Source: Myxococcota bacterium
GTDB lineage: Bacteria > Myxococcota_A > UBA9160 > UBA4427
DNA length: 64,000 bases
Assembly: GCA_965250285.1 (NCBI GenBank)
Contig: OZ252299.1
Coordinates: 595,825 to 659,824 of the forward strand
Direction of reading: 5' to 3'
Of the stretch, positions 47,428-56,868 are shown in pieces (within the stretch, counting starts at the first letter, position 1; each line of letters begins with the position of its first letter). The notes under the pieces are model-generated. The model saw only the letters and a list, made by a program, of their open reading frames with translations. It did no database searches and was not told the origin of the DNA. The position numbers and the translations under genes were made by a program.

Positions 47428-49659
47428 ATGAGCGAGAACGTCCACCTGCGTCAGTGCACCCTGTGTGAAGGCATGTGCGGTCTGCGCGTGACCGTCGATG
47501 GTGACCAGATCACGAAGATCCGCCCCGACCCCGACGATGTCTGGAGCAAGGGCTACGCGTGCCCGAAGGGGGCGAGCCTCGCGGCCTTCCATCACGACCC
47601 CGACCGGCTGCGTACGCCGTTGATCAAGCGCGACGGCGTCTTCGTCGAGGCGACGTTCGAAGAGGCCTACGCCGAGTGCGAGCGGCTGCTGCACGGCGTG
47701 ATCGAGCGTCACGGCAAGTCGGCGCTGACCGCCTTCGTCGGCAATCCGAGCGGACACAACTTCTCGCTGAGCCGCTACATCGGCGCCTTCATGGCGTTCT
47801 CGGCCCTCGACCCGATCTACTCGAGCGGCACGGTCGACCAGTGGCCGAAGAACCTGTCGAGCGCGCTCATGTACGGCGGCATGTGGAAGATCCCGACCGC
47901 CGACATCGATCGCACCGACTTCCTCGTGATCCAGGGGGCCAACCCGCACGCGAGCCAGGGCAGCCTGATGTGCGCACCGGACTTCCTCGGCCGGATGGAC
48001 GCGCTGCACGCCCGCGGTGGCCACAGCATCGTGATCGATCCGCGCCGCACCGGCACCGCCGATCGCGCGAGCGAGTGGCTGCCGATCCAGCCGGGCACCG
48101 ACGCGCTGCTGCTGCTCGCGGTGCTGCACGTGCTCTTCGACGAAGGGCTCACACAGACCGAAGCCCTCGAGCCGCATCTCTCGGGCCTCGAGCAGGTGGC
48201 CGAGCTGGTGCGCGAGTGGACGCCCGAGCGTGTCGAAGCCGACTGCCGCATTGAGGCCGCCGAGATCCGGCGGCTCGCGCGGGCCTTCGCCGGCGCCGAG
48301 AAGGCGGCGTGGTACGCCCGCATCGGCACCTGCACGCAGGAGTTCGGCACCCTCGCTTCGTGGCTCGTCGACGTCGTGAACATCGTCGCCGGCCACTTCG
48401 ATCGCCCGGGCGGCATGATGTTCGCGAATCCCGTCGCCTGGGGCAGCACGACGCTCCCCGACCCGCAGTGGGCCGATGGCTTTGCCTTCGGTCGCTCTCA
48501 CAGTCGGGTGCGCGGCGTCCCCGAGGTGCTGGGGCAGTACCCGGCCTCGTGCCTGGCCGAAGAGATCGCGACGCCGGGCGATGGCCAGCTGCGCGGCCTG
48601 ATCACGATCGCCGGCAACCCCGCGATCTCGGTGCCCGACGCCGCCGCACTCGACGCGGCGCTACCCGGCCTCGAGGCGATGATCTCGGTCGACTGCTACG
48701 TGAACGAGACGACGCGGCACGCCGACGTGATCCTGCCCGGGCCGTCGCCCTTCGAAGAGCCGCATTACGACGACCTCATGTGGGGTTGGGCGGTGCGCAA
48801 CGCGGCGCGGTACTCGGCGCCGATCTTCGAGATGGCCGACGACATGCGGCCCGAGTGGCAGACGCTGATCATGCTCGGCCTGCTCTGCGCCGGACAGAAG
48901 GCGGCCGACATCGACGTGCACGCGGTCGATCAGCTCTACTTCGCCGGGATCACCGGGGTGGTGTGCGGCCTCGAGGGCGGGCCCCTCGAAGGCCGCGACC
49001 CGGGCGAGATCGTCGCTGCGACTTCGGGCGTCGGGCCCGAGCGGCTGCTCGAGCTGCAGATCCGAAGTGGTCCCTATGGCGACGCCTACGGCGCGAAGCC
49101 CGAGGGTCTCACCCTCGAGCAGGTGAAGGCGGCCGAGCACGGCCTCGACATCGGTGCCCTCGAGCCGCGCGTGCCCGAGGTGCTCGAGACGCCGAGCGGG
49201 CGTATCGAGCTGGCGCCCGAGTTCATCGTGGCGGATCTCGAACGGCTGGCGGCTCGCGAGGGGCGCGACGACGGGCTCGTGCTCGTGAGCCGACGCCACG
49301 TGCGTTCGAAGAACTCGTGGATGCACAATCTCGGCCCGCTGATGACGGGCAAGGATCGCTGCACGCTGCTGGTCCACCCTGACGATGCATCGCGGCTCGG
49401 CATCGAGGCGGGCGCTCACGCGCGCGTGAGCTCGCTTGCCGGTGCCATCGAGGCGCCGGTCGAAGTGAGCGATGAGATGATGCCCGGCGTCGTGTGCCTG
49501 CCGCACGGCTGGGGGCACGATAAGCCCGATACGCGAATGGCGGTGGCGTCGGAGCACGCGGGCGTCTGCAACAACGTGATTGCGCCCGGTGAGTTCGTCG
49601 ACTCGCTCTCGAACAACGCCGCCGTGAACGGCATCCCGGTGCGGGTCGAGCCGGTCTGA
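47428..49659 (+). CDS. Molybdopterin (bis-MGD) oxidoreductase, cytoplasmic
   Basis: CTLCEGMCG...CPKG Fe-S motif, DPDRLRTPL, IDPRRT, NETTRHADVILP; C-terminal dinucleotide-binding domain (LPHGWGH). Confidence 0.92.
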   Translation: MSENVHLRQCTLCEGMCGLRVTVDGDQITKIRPDPDDVWSKGYACPKGASLAAFHHDPDRLRTPLIKRDGVFVEATFEEAYAECERLLHGVIERHGKSALTAFVGNPSGHNFSLSRYIGAFMAFSALDPIYSSGTVDQWPKNLSSALMYGGMWKIPTADIDRTDFLVIQGANPHASQGSLMCAPDFLGRMDALHARGGHSIVIDPRRTGTADRASEWLPIQPGTDALLLLAVLHVLFDEGLTQTEALEPHLSGLEQVAELVREWTPERVEADCRIEAAEIRRLARAFAGAEKAAWYARIGTCTQEFGTLASWLVDVVNIVAGHFDRPGGMMFANPVAWGSTTLPDPQWADGFAFGRSHSRVRGVPEVLGQYPASCLAEEIATPGDGQLRGLITIAGNPAISVPDAAALDAALPGLEAMISVDCYVNETTRHADVILPGPSPFEEPHYDDLMWGWAVRNAARYSAPIFEMADDMRPEWQTLIMLGLLCAGQKAADIDVHAVDQLYFAGITGVVCGLEGGPLEGRDPGEIVAATSGVGPERLLELQIRSGPYGDAYGAKPEGLTLEQVKAAEHGLDIGALEPRVPEVLETPSGRIELAPEFIVADLERLAAREGRDDGLVLVSRRHVRSKNSWMHNLGPLMTGKDRCTLLVHPDDASRLGIEAGAHARVSSLAGAIEAPVEVSDEMMPGVVCLPHGWGHDKPDTRMAVASEHAGVCNNVIAPGEFVDSLSNNAAVNGIPVRVEPV

Positions 49660-49745
49660 TCCGACGGCGCCGCGGGCGCTTGGCGAAGCAGGCGGAGGCG
49701 CCGGTCGCGCGTCGGGGCAGGGGGCGGGGCAGGGAAGGGGCCCGA

Positions 49746-49821
49746 TGGCTCCCCGGGTAGGACTTGAACCTACGACAAGGCGGTTAACAGCCGCCTGCTC
49801 TGCCAGCTGAGCTACCGGGGA
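49746..49821 (-). tRNA. tRNA-Asn(GTT)
   Basis: TCCCCGGTAGCTCAG...GGCGGCTGTTAACCGCC...GTTCAAGTCCTACCCGGGGAGCCA; 76 nt with encoded CCA. Confidence 0.98.
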
Positions 49822-49842
49822 ACAGGGCCTTCGGGCGGCGGA

Positions 49843-49870
49843 ATTCTAGAGGCTGAACCCCGAAACGCAA
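49843..49870 (-). promoter_or_regulatory. Sigma70-like promoter of tRNA-Asn
   Basis: TTGCGT-16 nt-TAGAAT, followed by a GC-rich discriminator. Confidence 0.6.
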
Positions 49871-50013
49871 GCGCGGACGGCGAGTTGTCCAGGTCCTGGG
49901 CGAGGCCGTTCGGCTGCGCTCGAAGGCCCGGCCGAAGCCGCGCGGAATCGCGCACAGGCGCGCTGCCCAGCTTCGGTCGCCCGAGAGGGACGGCGCCGGC
50001 AGAGGCGCCTCGG

Positions 50014-50490
50014 TCAGCCGTACTGGACCCCGATGATCTCGAACTCGCGTTCGCCCTTCGGCACGCGCACGACCACCTCGTCACCGGGCTCCTTGTGCAT
50101 CACCGCTCGGGCGACGGGTGACGTGACCGAGATCTTGCCGGCCTTCGCGTCGGCCTCGTACTCGCCGACGATCTGATACGCGACCTCGTCGCCCGACTCG
50201 ACGTCTTCGAGCTTCACCGTGGCGCCGAATCGCACCTTGTCGCCGGGCTGATCGCTGTTGTCGATGACCTGGGCCAGCGCCACGCTGTTCTCGAGCTGCG
50301 CGATCTTGCCCGCGATGAGGCCCTGCTTCTCTTTGGCCGCGTGATACTCGGCGTTCTCTGAGAGGTCGCCGTGGGCGAGCGCAGCCTCGATCTCCTTGAT
50401 GTTCTCGAGTCGGTCGACCGACTTCAGCTGCTGGAGCTCGGCCTTGAGCGCCTCGAAGCCGTCGGGTGTGATCGGGATGCGATCGGCCAT
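50014..50490 (-). CDS. greA: Transcription elongation factor GreA
   Basis: HGDLSENAEYHAAKE, VRFGATV, ISVTSPVARA. Confidence 0.96.
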   Translation of the reverse strand: MADRIPITPDGFEALKAELQQLKSVDRLENIKEIEAALAHGDLSENAEYHAAKEKQGLIAGKIAQLENSVALAQVIDNSDQPGDKVRFGATVKLEDVESGDEVAYQIVGEYEADAKAGKISVTSPVARAVMHKEPGDEVVVRVPKGEREFEIIGVQYG

Positions 50491-50839
50491 CTTGCAGTCG
50501 GGTCCTTGCGCTGGGCGCCGCCTCGGGGCGCCGGTGGTCTATTCTGCGGCCCATCTCCGAACGAGCCGAGCGCCGTGCTCGGGCGACGGTGGGAGCGTGT
50601 GGCCGTCGGGAGAGCGCCCCTCGTCGGGATCGGCCGGCGTCGTGTCTCGAGCCGGCACTGCGAGGCGCCGCAGCGACTCGCATCGACCCCGTCGGATGTC
50701 GTCCGTTCGGTGGGGGCGTACGGGAATCAGGAAAGTTAGGCCCCCGGCGGGGACGGGTCAACGCCGCCGGGCCCGGCCGTTCGCTCGGGGGCGAACGGAC
50801 CGCCTCCCTGACCGGGTGGGCAGCGCAAAAGGAGCGGAA

Positions 50840-51592
50840 TTGACCGAGGACCGATTTTCGCCGCAGCCGAGCGGCCTCGGCGAGCAGCCCACGGAATCGG
50901 CCAGGGGGACGCCGCCGACGATCTCGGCGCCACAGCGCCGCGCGGAGGCACCGGGGCCGGCCGAGCGGGGGAGCCGCCTGGTTCGGCTCGCCGTGCCCTT
51001 CTATCTCATCATGGCCGGTGTGGCATGGCTCTGGCGCGCCCTGGTACGGGGGGAGCCGATCTTCTCGGCACCGGGCGTCGAGCCGGCGGCGATCTGGCCG
51101 CTCGACGAGGCCATCGGCGCCGGCGCCGCGCTGGGGCTGGCGGTCGTCGCGGCGTCGGCGGTCTGGACCCGCTGGCTGCCTTCGGGCGAAGCCGTCTCGC
51201 GTTACCTCGGCCAGGCGATCGGGCGCATCGGTCTCGGCGCCACGACGCTGCTGGCCGTCGTGAGCGGCCTCGGTGAAGAGATGCTCTTTCGCGGCGCGCT
51301 TCAGCCCGAGATCGGCCTCGTGCTCGCGTCGATCGGCTTCGGCCTCGCCCATCTGGTTCCGCGCTGGCCGATCGTGCTGTGGAGCCTGTACGCGATCGTG
51401 ATCGGGTTCGTGTTCGGCTGGGCGTTCGAGGCGAGCGGCAGCCTGTGGGTGCCCGTCGTCGCACACGCCGTCGTGAACGGCATCAACCTGCCGATCCTGT
51501 CGCGTCGCTACGGGGGTGTGGATGCGCCGGGGTCAGGCCTCGTCGACGATGCGCGCGACGGCGTCCATCTCGACGAGCGCACCCAGCGGTAG
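50840..51592 (+). CDS. CPBP family intramembrane glutamic endopeptidase (myxosortase-like)
   Basis: SGLGEEMLFRGALQ, FGLAH and VVAHAVVNGINL; TTG start after AGGAG. Confidence 0.85.
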   Translation: MTEDRFSPQPSGLGEQPTESARGTPPTISAPQRRAEAPGPAERGSRLVRLAVPFYLIMAGVAWLWRALVRGEPIFSAPGVEPAAIWPLDEAIGAGAALGLAVVAASAVWTRWLPSGEAVSRYLGQAIGRIGLGATTLLAVVSGLGEEMLFRGALQPEIGLVLASIGFGLAHLVPRWPIVLWSLYAIVIGFVFGWAFEASGSLWVPVVAHAVVNGINLPILSRRYGGVDAPGSGLVDDARDGVHLDERTQR

Positions 51593-51940
51593 CGCCGCGA
51601 CCTGCACGGTCGCTCGGGCCGGCGCGGGATCGCCCGAGAACGCCTCGGCGTAGAGGGCGTTGACCTTCGGAAAGTCGGCGATGTCGGCGAGGTAGATCGT
51701 GACCTTGAGCGTGTGCTCGAAGCCGCTGCCGCCGGCGCGCAGCACGGCGCCGAGATTCGAGAGCACCTGACGTGTCTGCGCCTCGACGTCGCCTTCGACC
51801 ATTGCACCGGTGTCGGGCACCAGCGGGATCTGGCCCGAGGCGTAGAGGACGTCGCCATGAGCCACGGCCTGCGAGTACGGGCCGACCGGCGCCGGCGCGG
51901 CGTCGGTGCGGATCTCTCGGATCGAATCGGGCGTCGACAT
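51533..51940 (-). CDS. ridA: RidA family enamine/imine deaminase
   Basis: APAPVGPYSQAV, SGQIP, LKVTIYL, PARATVQVAALP and VEMDAVA. Confidence 0.93.
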   Translation of the reverse strand: MSTPDSIREIRTDAAPAPVGPYSQAVAHGDVLYASGQIPLVPDTGAMVEGDVEAQTRQVLSNLGAVLRAGGSGFEHTLKVTIYLADIADFPKVNALYAEAFSGDPAPARATVQVAALPLGALVEMDAVARIVDEA

Positions 51941-52020
51941 CGCTGCATCCTCTCATGACGTGCCGAGAGGATGCGGTCGCCCCCGCCTGCGAGCACGCGG
52001 CGAAGCCGGCGGGTGTGCGC

Positions 52021-52272
52021 TCAGATCTCGCGGCGCTGGGGGTCGAGGCGCTCCTCGACGACGCGCAGGAGATAGCCCATCAGCATCAGGTTCGGCAGCC
52101 GTTCACGCGTGGCGTCTTCGATCTCGGCCGTCTTGCCGAAGTGATTCGCGTACTCACTGATGAAGCCGAGCGCGTCGACCGGCACGTTGTGAGCGAGCAT
52201 CTCGTTGATCTGTTCGGAGTCGAGCTCGTGAAAGACCTCGGCCAACTGCCACGCCATTTCCTCGAAGGACAT
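52021..52272 (-). CDS. Small acidic hypothetical protein
   Basis: Globular-looking MSFEEMAWQLAEVFHEL...GYLLRVVEERL; GGAG before ATG 52272 (alternative start 52365). Confidence 0.6.
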   Translation of the reverse strand: MSFEEMAWQLAEVFHELDSEQINEMLAHNVPVDALGFISEYANHFGKTAEIEDATRERLPNLMLMGYLLRVVEERLDPQRREI

Positions 52273-52461
52273 GTGCTCTCCGCTCGGGGCCCGAAGCACC
52301 CGAGCCGTCGGAGCACGGGCGATGGACCAGAGGGAGGCCGGCTCGTCCGCGCTGAGGGGACGCATGCGTCGCTCGAGCCATCTTGATTCGAAGGCCCGGT
52401 GATGCCGCGCACGAACGATGCTGGCATTCGGCTGATTCACTGTCAACGGAGCGTTCGACCG

Positions 52462-52483
52462 GTTGACACCGATTGGTGTCAAC
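52462..52483. promoter_or_regulatory. Palindromic operator-like site GTTGACACC-gatt-GGTGTCAAC
   Basis: Perfect 9-bp inverted repeat in an AT-richer intergenic stretch; extra TGTCAAC half-site at 52441-52447. Confidence 0.5.
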
Positions 52484-52884
52484 TCGATCTGCGCGAACTT
52501 GCACGCGAGTTGCGCTTTGCACCGAACCTTCGTGCGGCGGCTGCGACTGCACGCCTCGCTCATGCAGCGCGTGAATGTGATGCGGAATCAGCGACGCGGG
52601 CGGCAGAGTTGCCTGTTCGAACGATGGCTCGAACCGCGACGCGTGGAAGCGGGCCGAGGCACCAAACGCGGGATGCGCGAAGCGTCCGTGATGGCTCGAA
52701 GCGCTACGAAAAAAGTTTCGCTGTCGGCCGCACGCCCGCGGGCGAGCCGAAGGGCGCGGCGACGACCGCGGCGACTCGGGGTCAGTGCATAGGCCGCGCG
52801 CGCGCCGAATCGGGTCTCGGATTCGAGCGCGAAGCGTGCGGCTGGCGAGTCGATGGGAGTAGAGAGAAGAGTGGGGAGAGGCAA

Positions 52885-52961
<77 letters not shown>

Positions 52962-52972
52962 ACTGGCGGCGG

Positions 52973-53001
52973 AGTATGACGCCGAAAGCCCTCGTTCTCA
53001 A
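52973..53001 (-). promoter_or_regulatory. Sigma70-like promoter of tRNA-Pro
   Basis: TTGAGA-17 nt-CATACT, then GC-rich CCGCCGCC. Confidence 0.65.
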
Positions 53002-53186
53002 GCTGTACGGGCGGGTTCGCGACCGGCGCGGGCCGATCCGACGCGCCCGGGGCGTGAGACTCGTCTCTGAGCGCTCGACGCGCGGCCCGCGAGGTGCGAG
53101 GCGCCACCTGCCGCGGCCAGAGCGTAGAATTGGCGGCAGTTCACGCATTCGGGCTGCGCCGCCCGTCGAGGGGAACGAAGAGCCCG

Positions 53187-55513
53187 ATGAATCCTGGGTG
53201 GGTCGCCGCCGTACTCGCGCTCGGCCTGCTCGCGCCGGCACTGGCGCCAGCCGCCATCGTGCAGCGTCGTCGGGCAGTGCTCGCGGTCGTCGCCGCGGTG
53301 AGTGTCGCCGCGACGCTGGTGATGCTCGACCTCGCAGCGCCCGGGCTCCGACTCTCGATCGACCCGAGCAGCGATCCGCTGCTGCCCGCCGGCGATCCCG
53401 CTCGGGCTTCGCACGCGCGCGCCGTCGCCGACTTCGGTGACGACGAGGTCTACGTCGTGGCCGTGGTCTGCGATGCGGTCTTCGCGGCACCCTGCCTCGA
53501 CGCGCTCGAACGCGCGGGTGACCGACTGGCTCGGATGGAGGCCGTGCGCTCGGTGTCGCATCTGATGGACGCGACGCACTTCGCCTTCGATCCCGAGCTC
53601 GAGCAGGTCGACATCGTGCCCTTCATCGAGGCGGTGCCAACCGACCCGATCGAGCTGGCGCGTCTCGAACGCGAGGCCCTCGCCGACCCGGTGTATCAGC
53701 GCATCCTGGTCTCGGACGACGCGCGCACCGCGGCGCTCAACGTGCGGTTCCAGGACATGGACGACGGTGCGTTCATCGCCGGTCGCTACGACGCCGCGGT
53801 CGTCGAGGTGCTCGAAGAAGAGCTCGGCGGGACGCGCGGCTTCCACATCGCCGGGCGACCGCACGTGAAGGTCGCGGTCTACGAGGGGATCGTCTCGGAT
53901 CTGCTGCGACTCGGTCCGCTCGTGGCGATCGCGATGTGGGGCGTGCTCTTCGCTGCGTTCGGCCGACTGCGCGCCGCCCTGCTCCCGATCGGCGTTGCCG
54001 CCGGGGCTGTACTGTGGACCCACGCCGCCCTCGTCGCTGCCGGTGAGGCCCTCGACCTCATCACGGCGCTGCTCGCGCCGATGCTGCTCGCGGTGGCCAG
54101 CGTGTACGGCGTTCACGTGGTGGCGCGATTCGACGAAGCCCGATCGCAGCCCCGGGACGCCCCGACGGCCGCGCTCCGGGCGCTCGAAGAGATCCGGCTG
54201 CCGTCGCTCATCGCCTGCGTGACGACCGTCGTCGGCTTCGGTGCGCTGATGATCTCGGACGTCCCGGCGGTGCAGCGCTTCGGCGGCTTCGCCTGCATCG
54301 GGATCCTCTCGGCGACGCTGCTCGCGCTGACGGCGGTGCCCGCGCTGTGCGCGACCGATTCGGGCGCAGCGGGGTTCGGGCGAAGTGAGCCCGGCCGACT
54401 CGATGCCGGGCTCGGCTGGCTGGCCGACCGGGTTCAGCGCCACGCCGTGGCGATCCTCGCCGTGTCGGGGGTCGTGATCGTCGCGTCGGTCGCGCTGATC
54501 CCGGGCATCGAGATCGACACCGATCAGCTCTCGAACTTCTCGGCCGAACACCCCGTACGGCTCGACTTCGAGGCCGTGAACGAGGGGCTGGCCGGCGCGG
54601 TCCCGCTCTACGTCGCCGTCGAGGGCGCCGAGCCCGGTGCGCTGCGCCAGCCCGCGCTGCTCGAGTCGGTCGCGACCCTGCAGGCGGCGCTCGATCGCGT
54701 GACCGGCGTGGGCCGCACGATCTCGGTGCTCGACTCGATGCGGCCGCTCAACCGGGCGTTCGCCGCCGGCGACCCGGCGGCCGAACGCATCCCCGAGAGC
54801 CGCGCCGGCGTGAGCGAGCTCTACTTCATGATGCCGCGCGACGAGACGTCTCGGCTGCTGACACTCGACCATTCCCGCGCGAACGTCGTCGTGCGCACCG
54901 GGCTGGTCGGTTCGAGCGCGCTGCTCGGGCTTTCGGATCGCATCGACGCTGTGATCGCGGCGCATCCGCTCGAAGCCGGCGCGCGGGCCGAGCTCACGGG
55001 GCGCGCGTTGATTCTCGCCCGCGGTGCCGATGGGCTCGCGCGCAGTCAACCGCTCGGCGTCGTGCTCGCCACGCTCGCGATCGCAGTGCTGGTGTCGGTG
55101 TCGCTCGGGTCGGTGCGACTCGGACTCGCGACGATGGTGCCGAACGTCGTCCCCCTGATCGCCTTCTACGGCCTCATGGGGCCGGGGCCGCGCATCTGTC
55201 GCTGCCGACCAGCCTCGTCGGCAGCATGGCGCTCGGGATCGCCATCGACGACAGCGTGCATTTCATGGTGCGATACGGCCGGGAACGGCGCAGCGGCCGC
55301 GCGCCCGGGCCGGCGGCGCGAACGACGACACGGCACGTCGGCCGGCCGATCGCGATCACGTCGCTGATGCTCGTGCTCGGGTTCGGGATCGTCATGGCGA
55401 GCCGCTTCTCGACGCTCACCGAGTTCGGCGGGCTGGCGGCCTGGACGATGGCGTCGTGCCTCGTCGCCGATCTCGTCTTGTTGCCGGCGCTGCTCGTGAA
55501 GCTGCGCGTCTGA
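53187..55513 (+). pseudogene. MMPL/RND-family transporter split by a 1-bp frameshift (real or sequencing error)
   Basis: MMPL-like protein to FYGLMG; the conserved LSLPTSLVGSMALGIAIDDSVHF continues in the -1 frame from the G4 run at 55178-55181. Confidence 0.8.
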
Positions 55514-55595
55514 GCACCCGACCCGGCTCGGGGCGTCGTTTGCGACGCTATGTTTGAGCGGTCCGCTCGCTTCCCTCTCGCACGGTGGTCGCTCC

Positions 55596-56813
55596 ATGAC
55601 GCTCGATGACATCGACTTGACCCGGCACGATCTCTATCGGCAGGGCTTTCCGCACGAGGTCTTCACGCAGCTGCGCGCCGAGGCGCCGGTCTGGCGCCAT
55701 CCCGACGTGCCGGGGCTCTCGGAGACGGTGGGGGAGTCGTTCACCGTGCTGTCGCGGTATGCGGACATCCAGGCGACGAACCGCGATGCCGAGACGTTCC
55801 TCTCGTGCCGTGGTCCCGGCCTCGGCTACGACGGCACCGGCCTGATGCTGACCGACATGGACGGGCCGTCGCATATTCGACAGCGCCGGCTGATCAGCTC
55901 GGGCTTCACGCCGCGCATGACCCGGCGACTCGAAGACCAGGCGCGCCAGTGGGCGATCGAAATCGTCGAGGCGGCGCTCGAGAAGCAGAGCGTCGAGTTC
56001 GTGCAGGAGGTCGCCTACCAGCTGCCGATGCACATGATCGCCGACGTGCTCGGGATCCCGCGCGAAGATCGCGAGTGGCTCTTCACGACGACGAACGACA
56101 TGCTGCTCGCGGCGGATCCCGATCATCCCATCGACGAGAGCGAGCGTCTCGGACTGGCCGGACAGATCTATGCGTACGGGCAGGAGATCGCCGCGCGCAA
56201 GCGGGCCGATGCGACCGACGACGTGCTCTCGGTGCTCGCCACCGTCGAAGACGACCAGGGGCCGCTCAGCGAGATGGAGCTCGATGCGTTCTTCATGCTC
56301 CTGACCGTCGCGGGCAGTGAGACGACGCGCAACGCGATCTCGGGTGGGCTGCATCAGCTGCTCGCCGAATCGGCCCAGCTCGACGCGCTGCGCAAGGATC
56401 CGGGCCTGCTCAAGGGGGCGACCGAAGAGATCATTCGCTGGTCGTCGCCGGTGGCCTACTTCCAGCGTGTCGTTGCGCGCGACACCGAGATCGCGGGCGT
56501 GCCCGTTCACGAAGGCGAGCGGCTCACGCTCTGGTACGCCTCGGCCAATCGCGACGACGCCGTCTTCGACGACCCCTTCCGGTTCGACATTCACCGCGAA
56601 AAGAACGAGCACGTCGCGTTCGGCGGCGGTGGCCCGCACTTCTGCCTGGGGGCCCACCTCGCGCGCCGCGAGATCACGATCTTGTTCGAAGAGCTGCTGA
56701 AACGCACGAGCGAGATCGAGCTGATCGGTGAGCCGACGTACAGCGTGCTCGGCATCGGGAGCCCGATCCTGATGTCGCTCGGTCAGCTCCCGGTGCGGCT
56801 GCGGGCGGCGTGA
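55596..56813 (+). CDS. Cytochrome P450 (CYP124/125/142-like)
   Basis: I-helix FFMLLTVAGSETTRN, EEIIRW, SANRD and heme motif FGGGGPHFCLG. Alternative TTG start at 55554. Confidence 0.95.
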   Translation: MTLDDIDLTRHDLYRQGFPHEVFTQLRAEAPVWRHPDVPGLSETVGESFTVLSRYADIQATNRDAETFLSCRGPGLGYDGTGLMLTDMDGPSHIRQRRLISSGFTPRMTRRLEDQARQWAIEIVEAALEKQSVEFVQEVAYQLPMHMIADVLGIPREDREWLFTTTNDMLLAADPDHPIDESERLGLAGQIYAYGQEIAARKRADATDDVLSVLATVEDDQGPLSEMELDAFFMLLTVAGSETTRNAISGGLHQLLAESAQLDALRKDPGLLKGATEEIIRWSSPVAYFQRVVARDTEIAGVPVHEGERLTLWYASANRDDAVFDDPFRFDIHREKNEHVAFGGGGPHFCLGAHLARREITILFEELLKRTSEIELIGEPTYSVLGIGSPILMSLGQLPVRLRAA

Positions 56814-56868
56814 ACTCGGGCCGGCGCCGCTGGGTCATTGGGCGCCTCCACACCGGCCTCCCGACGGC

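Noticed and set aside
49712-49741. G-run cluster GGGGCAGGGGGCGGGGCAGGGAAGGGG (G-quadruplex-like) beyond the tRNA-Asn 3' end
   Set aside because: Such runs are expected occasionally at ~70% GC, and there is no supporting context.
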